From Eledone cirrhosa (lineage: Eukaryota): DNA of 64,000 bases. Position numbers and translations under genes: made by a program. This document shows positions 14,395 through 27,389 of this stretch, piece by piece; the first letter of the stretch is position 1; every line of letters begins with the position of its first letter. The stretch is from NCBI GenBank assembly GCA_964016885.1, contig OZ024746.1, forward strand, positions 55,118,001 to 55,182,000, written 5' to 3'. Under the pieces are notes generated by a model, which worked only from the letters and a program-made list of their open reading frames with translations, was not told the origin of the DNA and did no database searches.

Positions 14395-15300
14395 TTGAAA
14401 ATTCCTTTATCAGGACATGAGCATTGCCAGTCAGCCACATTCTAGGCATATCTTGCAGAGATAGCTTTCCAGGTATCCGTTCGAAATATGTTTCACTTTC
14501 CTGTTATATCATTCCCAGTACACAGATTATCACTGGTATTATACAGGCTTTAAGATGCCATATTTACTCAGTTTCATTTGTCAGATATTTATATTTACTG
14601 CTATTTCAAATTTGTTCCGATCGGATGGAATATTCATGTCAATAAGAAATATGTTATTCTCTTTAAGATCCGCCACAACCTTATCCAGACTGGTGGCTTA
14701 GATTTTCTGACAATGTTCAAAGGGAAATCCTGTAAGATTTTCATATTCTGGGCTCCTGTTACCTCAACTAGTTCGTATGATTGTCCCTCTGTTTTATACT
14801 AAAAGACCGCCATTACACTGAAATTACATTCCTGTGGAGCTAATACTTTGTAGCCAGAAAACAGCTGATCAACGATTTGAACACCCTCATCATAGAATTC
14901 AAAGTTTGGGTCAGTTCAAATTCTGATCACATTGGTTTGAAAATTATGCGTTGAAAAATTCTAGTTTTGTGCAGCCAAAGTTAATCCACCAGTCTACTTT
15001 TAGCCCAGTACTCCGAAACTACTGATGGCTAAGGGCTTTATACACATCATATTCTTTGTTATGGAGACCCTACTGCCCAGGGTGTGGCTTTTCCTCCCTT
15101 TTACTGCAGTTTCAGTTGAATTTCATGCTCTACCAAACTTTTGGTATTCTTTTTATGTCCTTCACAATTATATCAAGTCTGTTGGCCTTGACATTCTTAC
15201 AGTGTTCAATGGAAAATCCTATATGACTGTCTCACTCTCGCCTACTGTTTTTGCATCCATGTTGTACCAGGTTCTCAGTTTTTAGACCATACAACCTGCA
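14395..15300 (-). mobile_element. Possible heavily decayed DIRS-type tyrosine-recombinase retroelement relic
   Basis: Fragmentary minus-strand peptides: FPLNIVRKSKP / FPLNTVRMSRP (duplicated) and KLSLQDMPR..ADW. They resemble the YR C-terminus but contain many stops. Confidence 0.25.
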
Positions 15301-15483
15301 TAACACCCAGTATATATATTGCTCCACTCTATCATGCCTCGTTTCATGTACCTTACTGGTACTTCATGTTATGGACTCCCGACGGAAGAATGTTATCCTC
15401 GGTTGGATGATGATGACAACAAGAAAAACACCACTATACTTTACAACAATAACAGCAGCTACTCCTCGTCTTTCTCGTTATCT

Positions 15484-15522
<39 letters not shown>

Positions 15523-16041
15523 ATGTCGTGTTATCTTGTTCATTGAATATATAATCAGTAATTTATATACTTACATAACATTCCATATATGTATATATTC
15601 ATGTCTGCATATATGTACATGCATACAAACTTAAACACAGATATACATATATATGTATATATAATTGGTGTGGGAGGCTTAAAGTGTCTGAATGCGGTAG
15701 GCCGTTTGAGCACTCGATGCTCTTACAGAGCAGAGTGTAATATCACAAAAGAATTTTGTGATATTTATTAAAATTATTAGACATATTACAATCGTTTCCC
15801 TGGCGACCAGCTCGAGGCACGATCGATGCAATGATCGAACCTGACTCTGAAAGGAAGCATTCCACAAATCGGTCCTCCCCCATAACTACATAGGATTTGA
15901 CCTCCTGTGGTTGATTTGGGTATGGCGGGGGGCCGATTTAAGGAACGCTTCCTGAACAACCAGTCGACAAACGATAATCCACAAAACTCGCCAGCTAAGT
16001 ATGGTCCCTCAAGGACTAAAGTATAGACTACTTCATCCAAT

Positions 16042-16230
16042 GGAAAGCCATACGCAAGGGGAAATCCGGCTTGTGGACTATGTATTGATGAACGGATAAA
16101 TATTCTAAAGAGATTACGCTATAGTGATTGCCTAAACTCAAGCAATGAATTCTTCACACGTTGTCCACATGTCTGGAAACACCTCTTACATAACTACAAA
16201 GCTCCAGATCGAACAACAACAACATCCTAA
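16042..16230 (+). mobile_element. PLE GIY-YIG C-terminal fragment
   Basis: GKPYARGNPACGLCIDERINIL...CLNSSNEFFTRCPH, matching the CxLC..E...LN..E...C.H pattern. Confidence 0.75.
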
Positions 16231-16490
16231 TTTTCTTATCAATTAGAAACTTTCGGACTTTCGGGGTTATCTCTCTTATACGTCTCGCACGCAGTTTTGT
16301 ATTGCCTGGGTGAAGTGATTTTTCTTGCGCATGGGCGTTCATACGGTTGTATTTCCTGTTCCGTATAACAATGTTCATTACGAGCTGGTGAACTAACTGT
16401 TGTGTTACCACTTCTACCTAACTCGTCCCATGGATTGAGTGCTCTACCACTAAGGATATTACCTTACAGTGTTCAACCTCTCTCTCTCTC

Positions 16491-16566
<76 letters not shown>

Positions 16567-16635
16567 CATATATATACATATCTATATATATACATATATA
16601 TACATATATATACATATGTATATATATATATATAC

Positions 16636-18530
16636 ATTGTTATACTTGGGGAGGGTCATATTTGTGTAATATTCCCAGAATTAATAACAGACCACACTCA
16701 CTGTTTGGTTGGTTTTCGCTTTTCGCTTCTGTGTCTTTTATATCGGTAATCTAATTTATTCAGTCCTCAATGTTGCCATTGACTGACCAACGGTCAAAAA
16801 TAATACAGATACAATATAGACACATACACATATATATAGTTTATCAAAGTTCTTTCGTTGCACATCTGCAACATCGTCAGTGGTGCTATTGTTTCCTCCC
16901 GCACTAACAAGTTTGATTTAGAACGTAGCACAATGGAAAGTATCCAGAAGATAGCTAATTCCATACACCAGAGTATAACTGTAACTATCGTCTACCCTTC
17001 CAAACACTCTGACAATAGACTACCTGTATTAGACACGGAACTCTGGATTAACACTATAGACGAGAGAGCCCAAATTCTCCACTTACACTATGCTAAACCC
17101 ATGGCATCCAAATACCTGATACTCAAAAACTCAGCAATGTCCAGTAGTGCTAAGTTTAATATACTGATCGCAGATTTGGTACGAGTGATGAAGAATGTGT
17201 CCCGCATGTGCGACCCAGCAGAAATGGAAAGACACATCCAACACTTCATCAATCGCATGCAGTTCTCTGGCTACAACCAAAGAGACAGAGTCAGAGTATA
17301 CGAAGGAGCCATGGAGAAGTATAAAACCCTCATAGAAGTGGACATGAAAGGAATTTGCCCATTATACAGAAGCAAATCATGGAATAGCTTAGATACGGCT
17401 AGACATAAGATAGGGAAAGCCACCTCATGGTACGACAACCAGAGATACCAGAGTGTCATGTTTGTGGACGCTACCCCTGGAGGGAAATTAGCTAACCAGT
17501 GTAGAGAGGCACTGAGAAAGATTCACTTAAAGATACTAATAGGAAATGTATCATATGTAAGGTAAACCCCCGGATAAACTGTAAAACTAGAAACGTAGTC
17601 TATAGCCTAAGATGTACAGAGGGTACTTGCAGAAACATGACAACAACATACATAGGCGAGACAGCTCGTAGCATAGGTGAGAGGATAGACCAACACTGGG
17701 GGGAACTATAAGGACGAAAAAACGGTCCAGTACTATACGAACATGCCAGACAACAACACGACGGTAACATAGACAACATAGAAATTAGAATAATATCTAA
17801 ACATAGAAATGACCCAGCAGATAGGCAAATCAGAGAGGCCAGTGAAATAGAACTTAGAAGGCCATGACTAAACAGAAAGAATGAATGGAATAACAACAAC
17901 ATCCAAACAAACAATACTGACCTAAGAAAAGTATAAATAAATAAATAAATAAATAGATAAATAAATAAATAAATAGATAAATAAATAAATAAATACATAC
18001 ACAAGCACAATAACAACAAACACATATAAACACACACTAGTAAAGATAGAATACATTAACCGATACACAGTCACCCAATCACGAACACACATCAAACAAA
18101 ACACTATACACACACGCAAACGCATGCGCAAAGTAGACAAAATAAAATAAACAAACAAACAGATAAATAAATAAGTATATAGACAGACTAAATAAAAATG
18201 GCGTAGACATACAATGTAACGGGAGGAATCAATAGCACCACTGACGATGTTGCAGATGTGCAACGAAAGAACTTTGATAAACTATATATATGTGTTTGTG
18301 TCTATATTGTATCTATATTATTTTTGACCGTTGGTCAGTCAATGGCAACATTGAGGACCGAATAAATTAGATTACCGATATAAAAGACACAGAAGCGAAA
18401 AGCGAAAACCAACCAAACAGTGAGTGTGTTCCGTTATTAATTCTGGTAATATTACACAAATATGACCCTCCCCAAGTATAACAATATTTGTTTCGACACA
18501 CGATTTCATATAAAAAACCTCGCAAAACTA
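16636..18530 (+). mobile_element. 5'-truncated PLE (RT thumb + GIY-YIG) with 3' pLTR and an inverted pLTR copy at the 5' end, inside (TA)n
   Basis: ORF 16858..17565 has LPVLDTELW, HYAKPMAS and RMQFSGY. 17577..17890 reads [13 protein letters not shown]...[12 protein letters not shown]. 16636..16901 is the reverse complement of 18220..18485. Confidence 0.92.
18236..18280 (+). ncRNA. Minimal hammerhead ribozyme motif; mirror copy on the minus strand at 16841..16885
   Basis: cacca-CTGACGA-t-gttgca gatg tgcaac-GAAA-gaac-t-t-tgat. Stem I is weak. Confidence 0.7.
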
Positions 18531-18605
18531 TATATATACAGATATATGTACATTTATATGTATATGTATATACATACATATTTATATATATATATATACA
18601 TATGT

Positions 18606-18701
<96 letters not shown>

Positions 18702-18841
18702 TTATATATACATATATATACACATATATGTAAATTTATATGTATATATATATACATACATGTATATACGTATATATATATATACATATATATATATAGA
18801 TATTTATATATATACATATGTATATATATATATATAAATAC

Positions 18842-18874
<33 letters not shown>

Positions 18875-19001
18875 CATACATATGCATATATATATACATA
18901 CATATACATATATATACATATACATATATATATATATACATATATATATACATATATATATGTATATATATACATATATATATATACATATACATATATA
19001 C

Positions 19002-19044
<43 letters not shown>

Positions 19045-19090
19045 TCTATACACATATATACATATATATATACATATATACACACATATA

Positions 19091-19123
<33 letters not shown>

Positions 19124-19164
19124 TAACATATGTATATATATATACAAATATATATATATATACA

Positions 19165-19907
19165 AATAGTATTAAGGATACTATTTATGGTTATGTATGT
19201 AATAAAACCTTTTATGGTTATATATTTTTTATACAAACCCTAAATAGTGACAGATAGTCATTAATTACTATATTATTACCAGTAAGATAAATAGCTCAAC
19301 GTAATAACATCGGTTGTTTTACAGAGCAGTTATATAGAGATTACAAGAATCAAAGTTCAGTTTAAATCATTTATTTGCTTACAATTGTTTCCTCCAAACC
19401 GAGGTTTGGATTCTTCGGAACAACTATTTAGTGATCTATAACATACTTGACCTTCTTTTCAACACAAGAGACATATAAAAACATATGCACATATTGATCC
19501 ACACTCTAATCCTGTATAAATAAGACACGCGTGCATGCTACACGTGAGATTGTTTCATACACTGACTACTCTAAACTTTCCTCTTGCTTTATCTTCATAT
19601 ACTGCCAATGCTTCATTTTTATTTTTATTTTTATTTTTATTTTTATTTTTATTTTTATTTTTATTTTTATCTTTATCCTCTAACCTTTATATGTAAATTG
19701 CCAGGCTATATCATTTTGATGGATGTCATCCCACTGTGGATCAATATGTGCATATGTTTTTATATGTCTCTTGTGTTGAAAAGAATGTCAAGTATGTTAT
19801 AGATCACTTAATAGTTGCTCCGAAGAATCCAAACCTCGGTTTGGAGGAAACAATTGTAAGCAAATAAATGATTTAAACTGAACTTTGATTATTGTAATCT
19901 CTATATA
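19165..19907. mobile_element. Fold-back pLTR-type repeat with hammerheads on both arms; paralog at 41565..42151
   Basis: 19331..19503 is the reverse complement of 19735..19907. Flanked by (TA)n on both sides. Confidence 0.85.
19815..19863 (+). ncRNA. Type I hammerhead ribozyme with variant CCGAAGA core; copies at 19375..19423 (-) and 42070..42117 (+)
   Basis: ttgct-CCGAAGA-a tccaaacc tc ggtttgga g-GAAA-caattg-ta-agcaa. Stem I ttgct/agcaa, palindromic stem III, GUA site. Confidence 0.75.
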
Positions 19908-19944
19908 TATACAAGTATATATATATATATACATATATATATAC

Positions 19945-19979
<35 letters not shown>

Positions 19980-20068
19980 AATATACATATATATATACAC
20001 ACACATATATGTATATACATATATATATACACACACACACATATATATATACATATATATATATATAT

Positions 20069-20272
20069 GTAGATAGCTGTTTTAGGTTATGTAACTGTTA
20101 TAGAAACACGTGTCAATAAATTCCTTTCAACTAAACTGTATCCATTCAAATCTTTCTATTTTTCTCCGGATTACTTTTGGAACTACAACTGGAACCGTCG
20201 AGCAAACTCTACGTGAGCTGATAATCTACTGTGTGTAATATTTATATTACAACACAACGGAAAATACTGTAT
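20069..20272 (+). repeat. Fragment of the repeat family that forms the 42856..44466 fold-back
   Basis: Reverse complement of 42856..43062. Confidence 0.85.
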
Positions 20273-20294
20273 ATATATATACATATATATATAT

Positions 20295-20341
<47 letters not shown>

Positions 20342-20346
20342 TATAT

Positions 20347-20494
<148 letters not shown>

Positions 20495-20555
20495 GTGTGT
20501 GTGTGTATATATATATGTATATACATATATGTGTGTGTATATATATATGTATATT

Positions 20556-20588
<33 letters not shown>

Positions 20589-20682
20589 GTATATATATAT
20601 GTATATATATACGTCTGAATACATATATGTATGTACATATACATACTTATATTTATATATATATGTATATATATATATATGA

Positions 20683-20766
<84 letters not shown>

Positions 20767-20794
20767 TCATATATATATATATACATATATATAT

Positions 20795-21312
20795 AAATAT
20801 AAGTATGTATATGTACATACATATATGTATTCAGACGTACAGTAGTATGTATATATATATATACATACATGCACACCTATATATATGTACGTATGGATTC
20901 ACCGAACATTTATTATAATGCTCGGTGTGTTTGTAAACAAACATCCTGAATTAAGCCGTACAGTGTCTAGCAACCATCGTTGCTCATTTGTTCAACACTG
21001 ACAAACGAACGATGTACTAGTTTCATGCGTATTAGCTATCGTCAGCAACGTATACCTTCCTGCCAGATGATTGAACGTCTGAAAGTATATACGTTCCTTA
21101 TGCATATTAACGGCTGAGCAACCTAATTTGCATATCGAGTGAGTTAATCGGCCGGGCGCACTGAAAACGATAAGCGGAAAAATGAAATGAAATTTCATTT
21201 CTCACTCTTAGTACGGCTGTTACTTAAATATAAGTATGTATACGTACATACATATATGTATACAGACGTACAGTAGTATGTATATATATATATATATATA
21301 CATACATGCACA
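20795..21312 (-). mobile_element. Retrozyme-like non-coding repeat, ~430-bp unit plus partial tandem, with hammerhead at 21010..21050 (-)
   Basis: Unit boundary aaatataagtatgtat at 20795 and 21226. Minus strand reads cgttg-CTGACGA-tagctaatacgcat-GAAA-ctag-ta-catcg. Confidence 0.8.
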
Positions 21313-21914
21313 CATATATATAATACGTATATATGCACTGAATATTTATTATATGAGTACATATCCATACGTACACATATATCTATATGTGTGCATGTAT
21401 GTATATATATATACATACTACTGTACGTCTGTATACATATTAAATTTATTAAATATTATTACATTTATACCTAGATATACAGAAAAAAACAAGTGCAAAT
21501 CTAACTTTCTGAGTCCCCCCAAACATATTCAAAATGAATAAAAAAAATATATATATATATATATATAAAATATGCAAACGCATGAATGATCCACAGTTCA
21601 AATTATAATCAGTCAATTTACAAGTCAAATATACAAACTATATATTTAAAACAGAGACAGATAAATAAAGATCTGAATTAAAGTTATAAATATCCAAAAA
21701 ATCATAGGGTATGTATATCTATCAAGTAAACAAGTTATCAAACGAATGTCCTTCATTCAAACATTAATTCTATTCTAAATGATCAGAAGATAAAGCATTA
21801 TTAAAGTTTTATAAACCGTTATGGCTTTTATGTTCAATAGTTGATAATAGATGTCAAAACACAGGCCTGATTGCTTACTGTTTTTTCCGGACTTTTTGCG
21901 AGGCTTGGAATGTA

Positions 21915-22255
21915 GACAAAGCTTTATGAAGGCATTTTGAGAATAATTCACTTTTTTTGTTAATTAAGTTATCATAATTATTAATGATTAATAGGGTCTC
22001 CGTTGTACAGAAGTTGCAGTTAATTTATATTGATGAGTTGGTATAAATTCCACTATTACAAAGCTTCGTCCAAAAGATCGAGTATTTTAAATGTTTGTCT
22101 TTTAATGACCATATAAGCTGTAATAAAGAAGTGGAAGACTTCCTATTAAAATTCGAAAATGAGCATTTGTGATTCGCAAATCTCGATTTAAATTTCGAAG
22201 AAGTTGCTCCTATGTAGTTGTATGTGTTGTTATTTGTTTATACGGTGCATCGTAA
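21915..22255 (-). mobile_element. PLE GIY-YIG fragment
   Basis: RCTV*TNNNTYNYIGATSSKFKSRFANHKCSF...STSLLQLIWSLK...CNFCTTETLLII...LINKKSELFSKCLH. Confidence 0.85.
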
Positions 22256-22539
22256 ATCCTTTAAATTTGTTTTCATAAAATTTGAATTTTAGAAATTAAA
22301 CATAATTTTATTATAATATTAATACAAATACCTATTAAACTTTTAAAACCTAAAATATGATTCTTTACCCTGAAATAACTTAAATTAAATATTTTGAAAA
22401 TTAACAGCCAACTATTTTATTCTGGACACATATTGATTATATAGAAATCTGTGTGTATATAAACTTGAACATGAATTACCCCCTTTGTCTCTCTGTCTCT
22501 CTTTAATCATCTTTCATCTGTCTTCTCAAGCTACCTACA

Positions 22540-22656
22540 AAATATATTATCACTTCAGCTGCTTCTTCTTCTATGCTTTCTTTCCCTCCTCTTTCTGCAG
22601 AAAGAGGAGGGAAAGGAAAGCATAGAGGAAGAAGCAACTGATGTGATAATATATTT
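22540..22656. repeat. Near-perfect spacerless palindrome centred on ctgcag (22595..22600)
   Basis: aaatatattatcacttcag...ctcctctttctg|cagaaagaggag...ctgatgtgataatatattt. Confidence 0.9.
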
Positions 22657-22740
22657 AGGTTTTGAGTTTTGTCATAAGTTAATCACTACCTTGATTGAAT
22701 CTTAACCATCTACTATGTCAGGGTATGTCATGTATCATTT

Positions 22741-22807
22741 TATTTTATCTGATGAGGACGTACTGTTGAACTTAACTCAGTACCTCTGAAATATGTATTA
22801 TCAAATA
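22741..22807 (+). ncRNA. Hammerhead ribozyme motif, somewhat decayed
   Basis: tattttat-CTGATGA-ggac gtactg...cagtac ctct-GAAA-tatgta-t-t-atcaaata. Confidence 0.6.
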
Positions 22808-22956
22808 TAATTGATCACAAGAATATCTATTTGGTTAATATTTTGAATTAATATTAATAACTCTGGAAAACATCACTGTTGAGTGCTTTCAATCTATTGT
22901 AAAACTCATTCTTTGGTGTATTCATTGAACCTTGTGTAACTCTTAAATATATATTA

Positions 22957-23006
<50 letters not shown>

Positions 23007-23311
23007 TATAAAGTATGTCCATAGAATCATTTGATAATATATATACACCATTTCCTCTCCCAACTAGCATAATCAACCACACAAAAAATCAATTAAACCA
23101 GGCTATAAGATTAAAAGCCACCAATGAAGAAATAGTAGATAAATAAACGACAGCAATCTATTCGCGACCAACCGCTATAGAATATTTATCCAACATTTCA
23201 ATAGCACGTGGAGATCGATTAAATATACCGTCAACCATACACAATTAGGTATAAAATAAAATTAGAAGAAAAAATACATATACACATACCAGGATTACGT
23301 TTCAATATATA

Positions 23312-23483
23312 TGTTTGAGCACTCGATTTTCTCGTGTGATGATCGAACCAGAGTCAGGTTCGATCATCACATCCATGGTGCCTCGAGCTGGTCGCCAGAG
23401 AAACGATTGTAATATGTCCAATAAATTCCATTCGTCGCAACACTGATTCTCTTTTTTTCTGTGAGAGCATCGAGTGCTCAAAC
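23312..23483. mobile_element. Short element with 16-bp terminal inverted repeats in TA context; related sequence at 15703..15850 (-) and 54990..55170
   Basis: tgtttgagcactcgat...atcgagtgctcaaaca, with an internal hairpin gtgatgatcgaacc/ggttcgatcatcac. Confidence 0.7.
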
Positions 23484-23662
23484 ATATATATACTTATATA
23501 TACATATACTTATATATACATATACTTATATATACATATATATACATATATAAGTAAATACATATATACATAGCAATATAATTCTATGTCATACTATACT
23601 AAGACCCATATCACTAGACACATATAAGTAGAGAATATCAAAGATTATATATTATATAAGAA

Positions 23663-23852
23663 GGCATGGATTGACAGTATCGGTAGAGGGTCGGACGCCA
23701 TGCTTTGACGCATATAGTTACGGCCCCTGTCATTCTGAGTTCAAATCCCGCCGAGGTTAACTTTGCTTTTCATCCCTACGGGGACGATAAAATAAAGTAC
23801 CAGTAATGCACTGGAATAATTACTGGCCGTGTGCCAAATGTAGAAACAATTA
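23663..23852 (+). mobile_element. SINE family A copy
   Basis: Matches 7401..7590. Confidence 0.85.
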
Positions 23853-24316
23853 TATATTATATTACTGACATTCCACTCAGTTGCTACTCCGAGGTTCACA
23901 ATTACACTCTGAGCATGCAAAGGTCACAAGCAGATTGACCTAACCCGAACATACAGCGATACGAAAGGAACCTCTCAACAGCACCGTTAAATCTGATTTT
24001 TATAGTTTTTATTAATCGATAATTTGTTTGAATTTTCTTTCATACATATATCATTTCTTTTTTATATTTCCTATTAAACACTCCTATATCATGCCTTGTT
24101 GAGTTTCATCTTTAAGAGCTAATAAAAAATAAGAAGTTAAAAGCTAAAACATATCTATAGTTGTACTGCATTTCAATTAAATATAATGATAGAGATAATT
24201 TCTGCGGGAATTATACATCTGAGAGCAAAGAAAAGTCTAAATGTCAATAGCTCATTTAATGACAATATAGGCGCATACGCACTCATTAACACCAATCCCT
24301 TACGTATATAATTGTA

Positions 24317-24387
<71 letters not shown>

Positions 24388-24862
24388 TTGTACGCTTATC
24401 TGGTACCTAAGGTTGGTTTAATTTACGTGTATTTGTTAAACTCCAGTAAATGTTTATACTGCTTTTGTGTTTAACTCGACAATAATGTAGTTAGGCTGGA
24501 AATTATATGTCAATACATAGATATGTTTTGCAAGATACTTCATTTGCAATTGTTTGTGGAAGTAGATATTGTTATATTTCAGGAGAGACATGTCCGTGAA
24601 ATCATACGCAGCATTTGTGTTTTCAGATAATTTAATATTACTCAGGTAACACCTCCACTCAACACTTTCTTTATTGGTTTATTGATTCATTATCAAATTT
24701 CATACGTCACACATATCTGTGACCTTCTCAAAGTTTAATTTGTCTTCCTACGCCTCTTCATTATGTTTGATTTCTACTTAGACAGTAATGACAAGACGGT
24801 ATGCTTAGATCAAAATCGAATCGAAAATCTTTGATATTTATATAATCCGGGCACTAAATATA

Positions 24863-24926
<64 letters not shown>

Positions 24927-24938
24927 TATATACGTAAA

Positions 24939-24976
<38 letters not shown>

Positions 24977-25099
24977 TTTACGTATCGAGAGAGAGAAAAA
25001 AATGGGAGGATAGGTGATACATATAGTTATTTGCCAAGTAGCGTATGCCAAAGGTGCTCGATACTAGTGCCGGCAGTAGTGTTAATATTTAGTGGGCTA

Positions 25100-26060
25100 G
25101 AGAATTAGCAGAGCGTAAGCACGTGGGTAAGTAAGAAATCAGAGAATATACCGTTAAAATATGTTTATTTAAAACAGCACCTACGTACGTTTGGCCCAGT
25201 AGGGCTTCTCAAGGGCATAAATAACCAAAAGTGTTCCTTACATTGCTCGGAAAGAGTATTTTGGGTTAAATTCACGTCAAGGTTCATTGCTCGCAAAAAT
25301 AGCTTGTTTTGATTTTGCAGCAGGTCAAGGGAGGTCACTCTAGCCGGTGTTAGGGCAGTCTTTCCCGGATAAATTTTTATCCGCTACAAGATGAGGTTAC
25401 AACCTTACCATTGTCGATACGCACAGGGTCATGTAAACAACGCTTATTTTGAGACATTTGTTTTTTCCGCATCTGTTTGTCTGAGTCGTTTGAGGCTGGG
25501 TCTGGTATGCAAGGTTAGTTTCTTGATGTTATTTTGCAGCGCCTGCCCGCCGGGGTGTTAAGACTTGTTGTAGGGAGATTCGGTGCACGGTTTCACTCCT
25601 CATCCTTAAACCATCTGAAGAAGGATATTTTTAAGCGATGTGTTAAAGTCATCGCTGTTTCAGCTCTGCTGTTGATGAGCTCGTGGGGTGCATTTATTAT
25701 GCGGTAGTGCTCCATGAGGCAACGATCGCATTTCATCATTAAGTTGTACGGTGCAGCCCTGCCGACAATATCCCAGTGCGTGGAGAAGCTGATGTTTAAG
25801 TCCTTTAGTGGTGTGATATAGTCCGCGAGCGAAGTGGAGTGTCTTACTTTTTTATTTGTGAAAGAGTGGAGATGTGTTCGAAACCTAATTTTAAACGGGC
25901 CGGAGGTAGCCCCTATATAATGTTTAACGCTATCGTGGCTAGTTACAGTGCATCTATATATAACCCTATCAGTCAAGCAGTATCCTCTAAGGGGGCAGCG
26001 TCTTCTGTCGCGGCAGTTGCAATTTCTGTCGCGGTTCCATCTATTTCCCACGGGCTACGG
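25100..26060 (-). mobile_element. PLE 3' end: intact-looking GIY-YIG frame plus pLTR with a degenerate hammerhead at 25177..25216
   Basis: ORF 25593..26051 CNCRDRRRCPLRGYCLTDRVIYRC...YIGATSGPFKIRF..H..SF...CDRCLMEH. Downstream TTGAGAA-gccc tact gggc-cAAA-cgtacg-ta. Confidence 0.88.
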
Positions 26061-26069
26061 CGCATTAAC

Positions 26070-26418
26070 ACACATATATGTATGTACATATACATACTTA
26101 TATTTAAGTAACAGCCGTACTAAGTGTGAGAAATGAAATTCCGTCTCATTTCTTCCGTTTATCGTTTTCAGTACCCCGGCCGATTAACTCACTCGATATG
26201 CAAATTAGGCTGCTCACCCGTTAATATGCATACGGAAAGTATATACTTTCAGGCGTTCAACCATCTGGCAGGAAGGTATACGTTGCGGACGATAGCTAAT
26301 AAGCTTGAAACTAGTACAGCGTTCTTTTGTCAGTGTTGAACAAATTAGCAACGACGGTTGCTAGACACTGTACGGCTTAATTCGTGATGTTTGTTTACAA
26401 ACACACCGAGCATTATAT
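26070..26418 (+). mobile_element. Retrozyme-like repeat copy, hammerhead motif at 26281..26321
   Basis: Reverse complement of the 20910..21260 unit; core reads CGGACGA. Confidence 0.8.
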
Positions 26419-27124
26419 GTCTTTCCGTCTAATTGTTTTTCATCGCTCCAAATAATGACGTATATATTCGTTTTTTCCCGTTCTTTGCCAGGGAACGTTT
26501 CCACGAACAAAAGTATCGTCTTCCTGCCTTCCTCCGGTTGCAACGTTTTTTGAAATATTCACTTCTACGTTTACAGATTGACTTTGTTGGTTTCAGAAGA
26601 TCCCGCTAAGAGTGAAAGCAGCGATTCTTTGCTCAAACTTTAATCTGTTATTTTAATAAATATTTGCTCTACGGTTCTTATATATTTGATATATATTTAT
26701 CTTTATCGAGCCCTCTTTGGATTTTAGTCTTCAAATGTATTATTATTACTATGTATATATGAATATATACATATGTATATATTTGGGCTCAGAGCGTGGA
26801 GAGCCATAGATCTATGCTGTAAAGCAATTATAATAATACTGGACTGTAATACGAACGGCTTTAACTATTCGAACTCTTGAAAGTAAACAGTTGACATAAT
26901 TGTGTAATCTTGTATCAGTAATAACGGTAATATATATATGTATATATATGTGTGTGTGTGTAAGTGAGTAGCGTGTGTGTGTTTGTTTGTATGTATGAGA
27001 GTTGTTGTGTGCGCGCGTATGTATGGGTGTGTATGCGCGCGTATGTGTGCGCGTGTGTGTATGTCGTACGTATAAGTGTCAATAAGTGAGTTTTTTTTTT
27101 CCTTTTGCGCGGGGACATAGAAAT

Positions 27125-27388
27125 AATCGGGCTGGATGCCCGATCGCGCAGTTAAACCACTAGGAGTGAAGAACCCCTAGCCCTTGTCAGGGCATTCTTC
27201 TAGGAGAAGGCATCTCAGGAAACTGGGTTAACTCGGACATAAAACCTGCGGCTCTGTAGTTACCGGTGATGTTGATATTTACTTCTTTTCGGGTTATAGC
27301 TACTGTCGCACAGAGAGTGGAATTGGCTCAGTGCACAGTCTTTCCTCTCTTTAAAAATATTCGCCACGCACAGGCATTGCACGATTGC
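27125..27388 (+). mobile_element. Probable RTE-type LINE 5' UTR fragment
   Basis: Similar to 40405..40602 (ccctagcc..tgtca.ggca..ttctaggagaagg...gagagtgg...gcacaggcattg). Confidence 0.5.
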
Positions 27389-27389
27389 A

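Noticed and set aside
19200-19310. In-frame TGA shared by two paralogs (MLL(R/H)*AIYLTGN on the minus strand), raising a selenocysteine/readthrough idea
   Set aside because: Only two decayed copies with other stops or frameshifts and no SECIS seen. CpG decay or a wrong start codon explains it.
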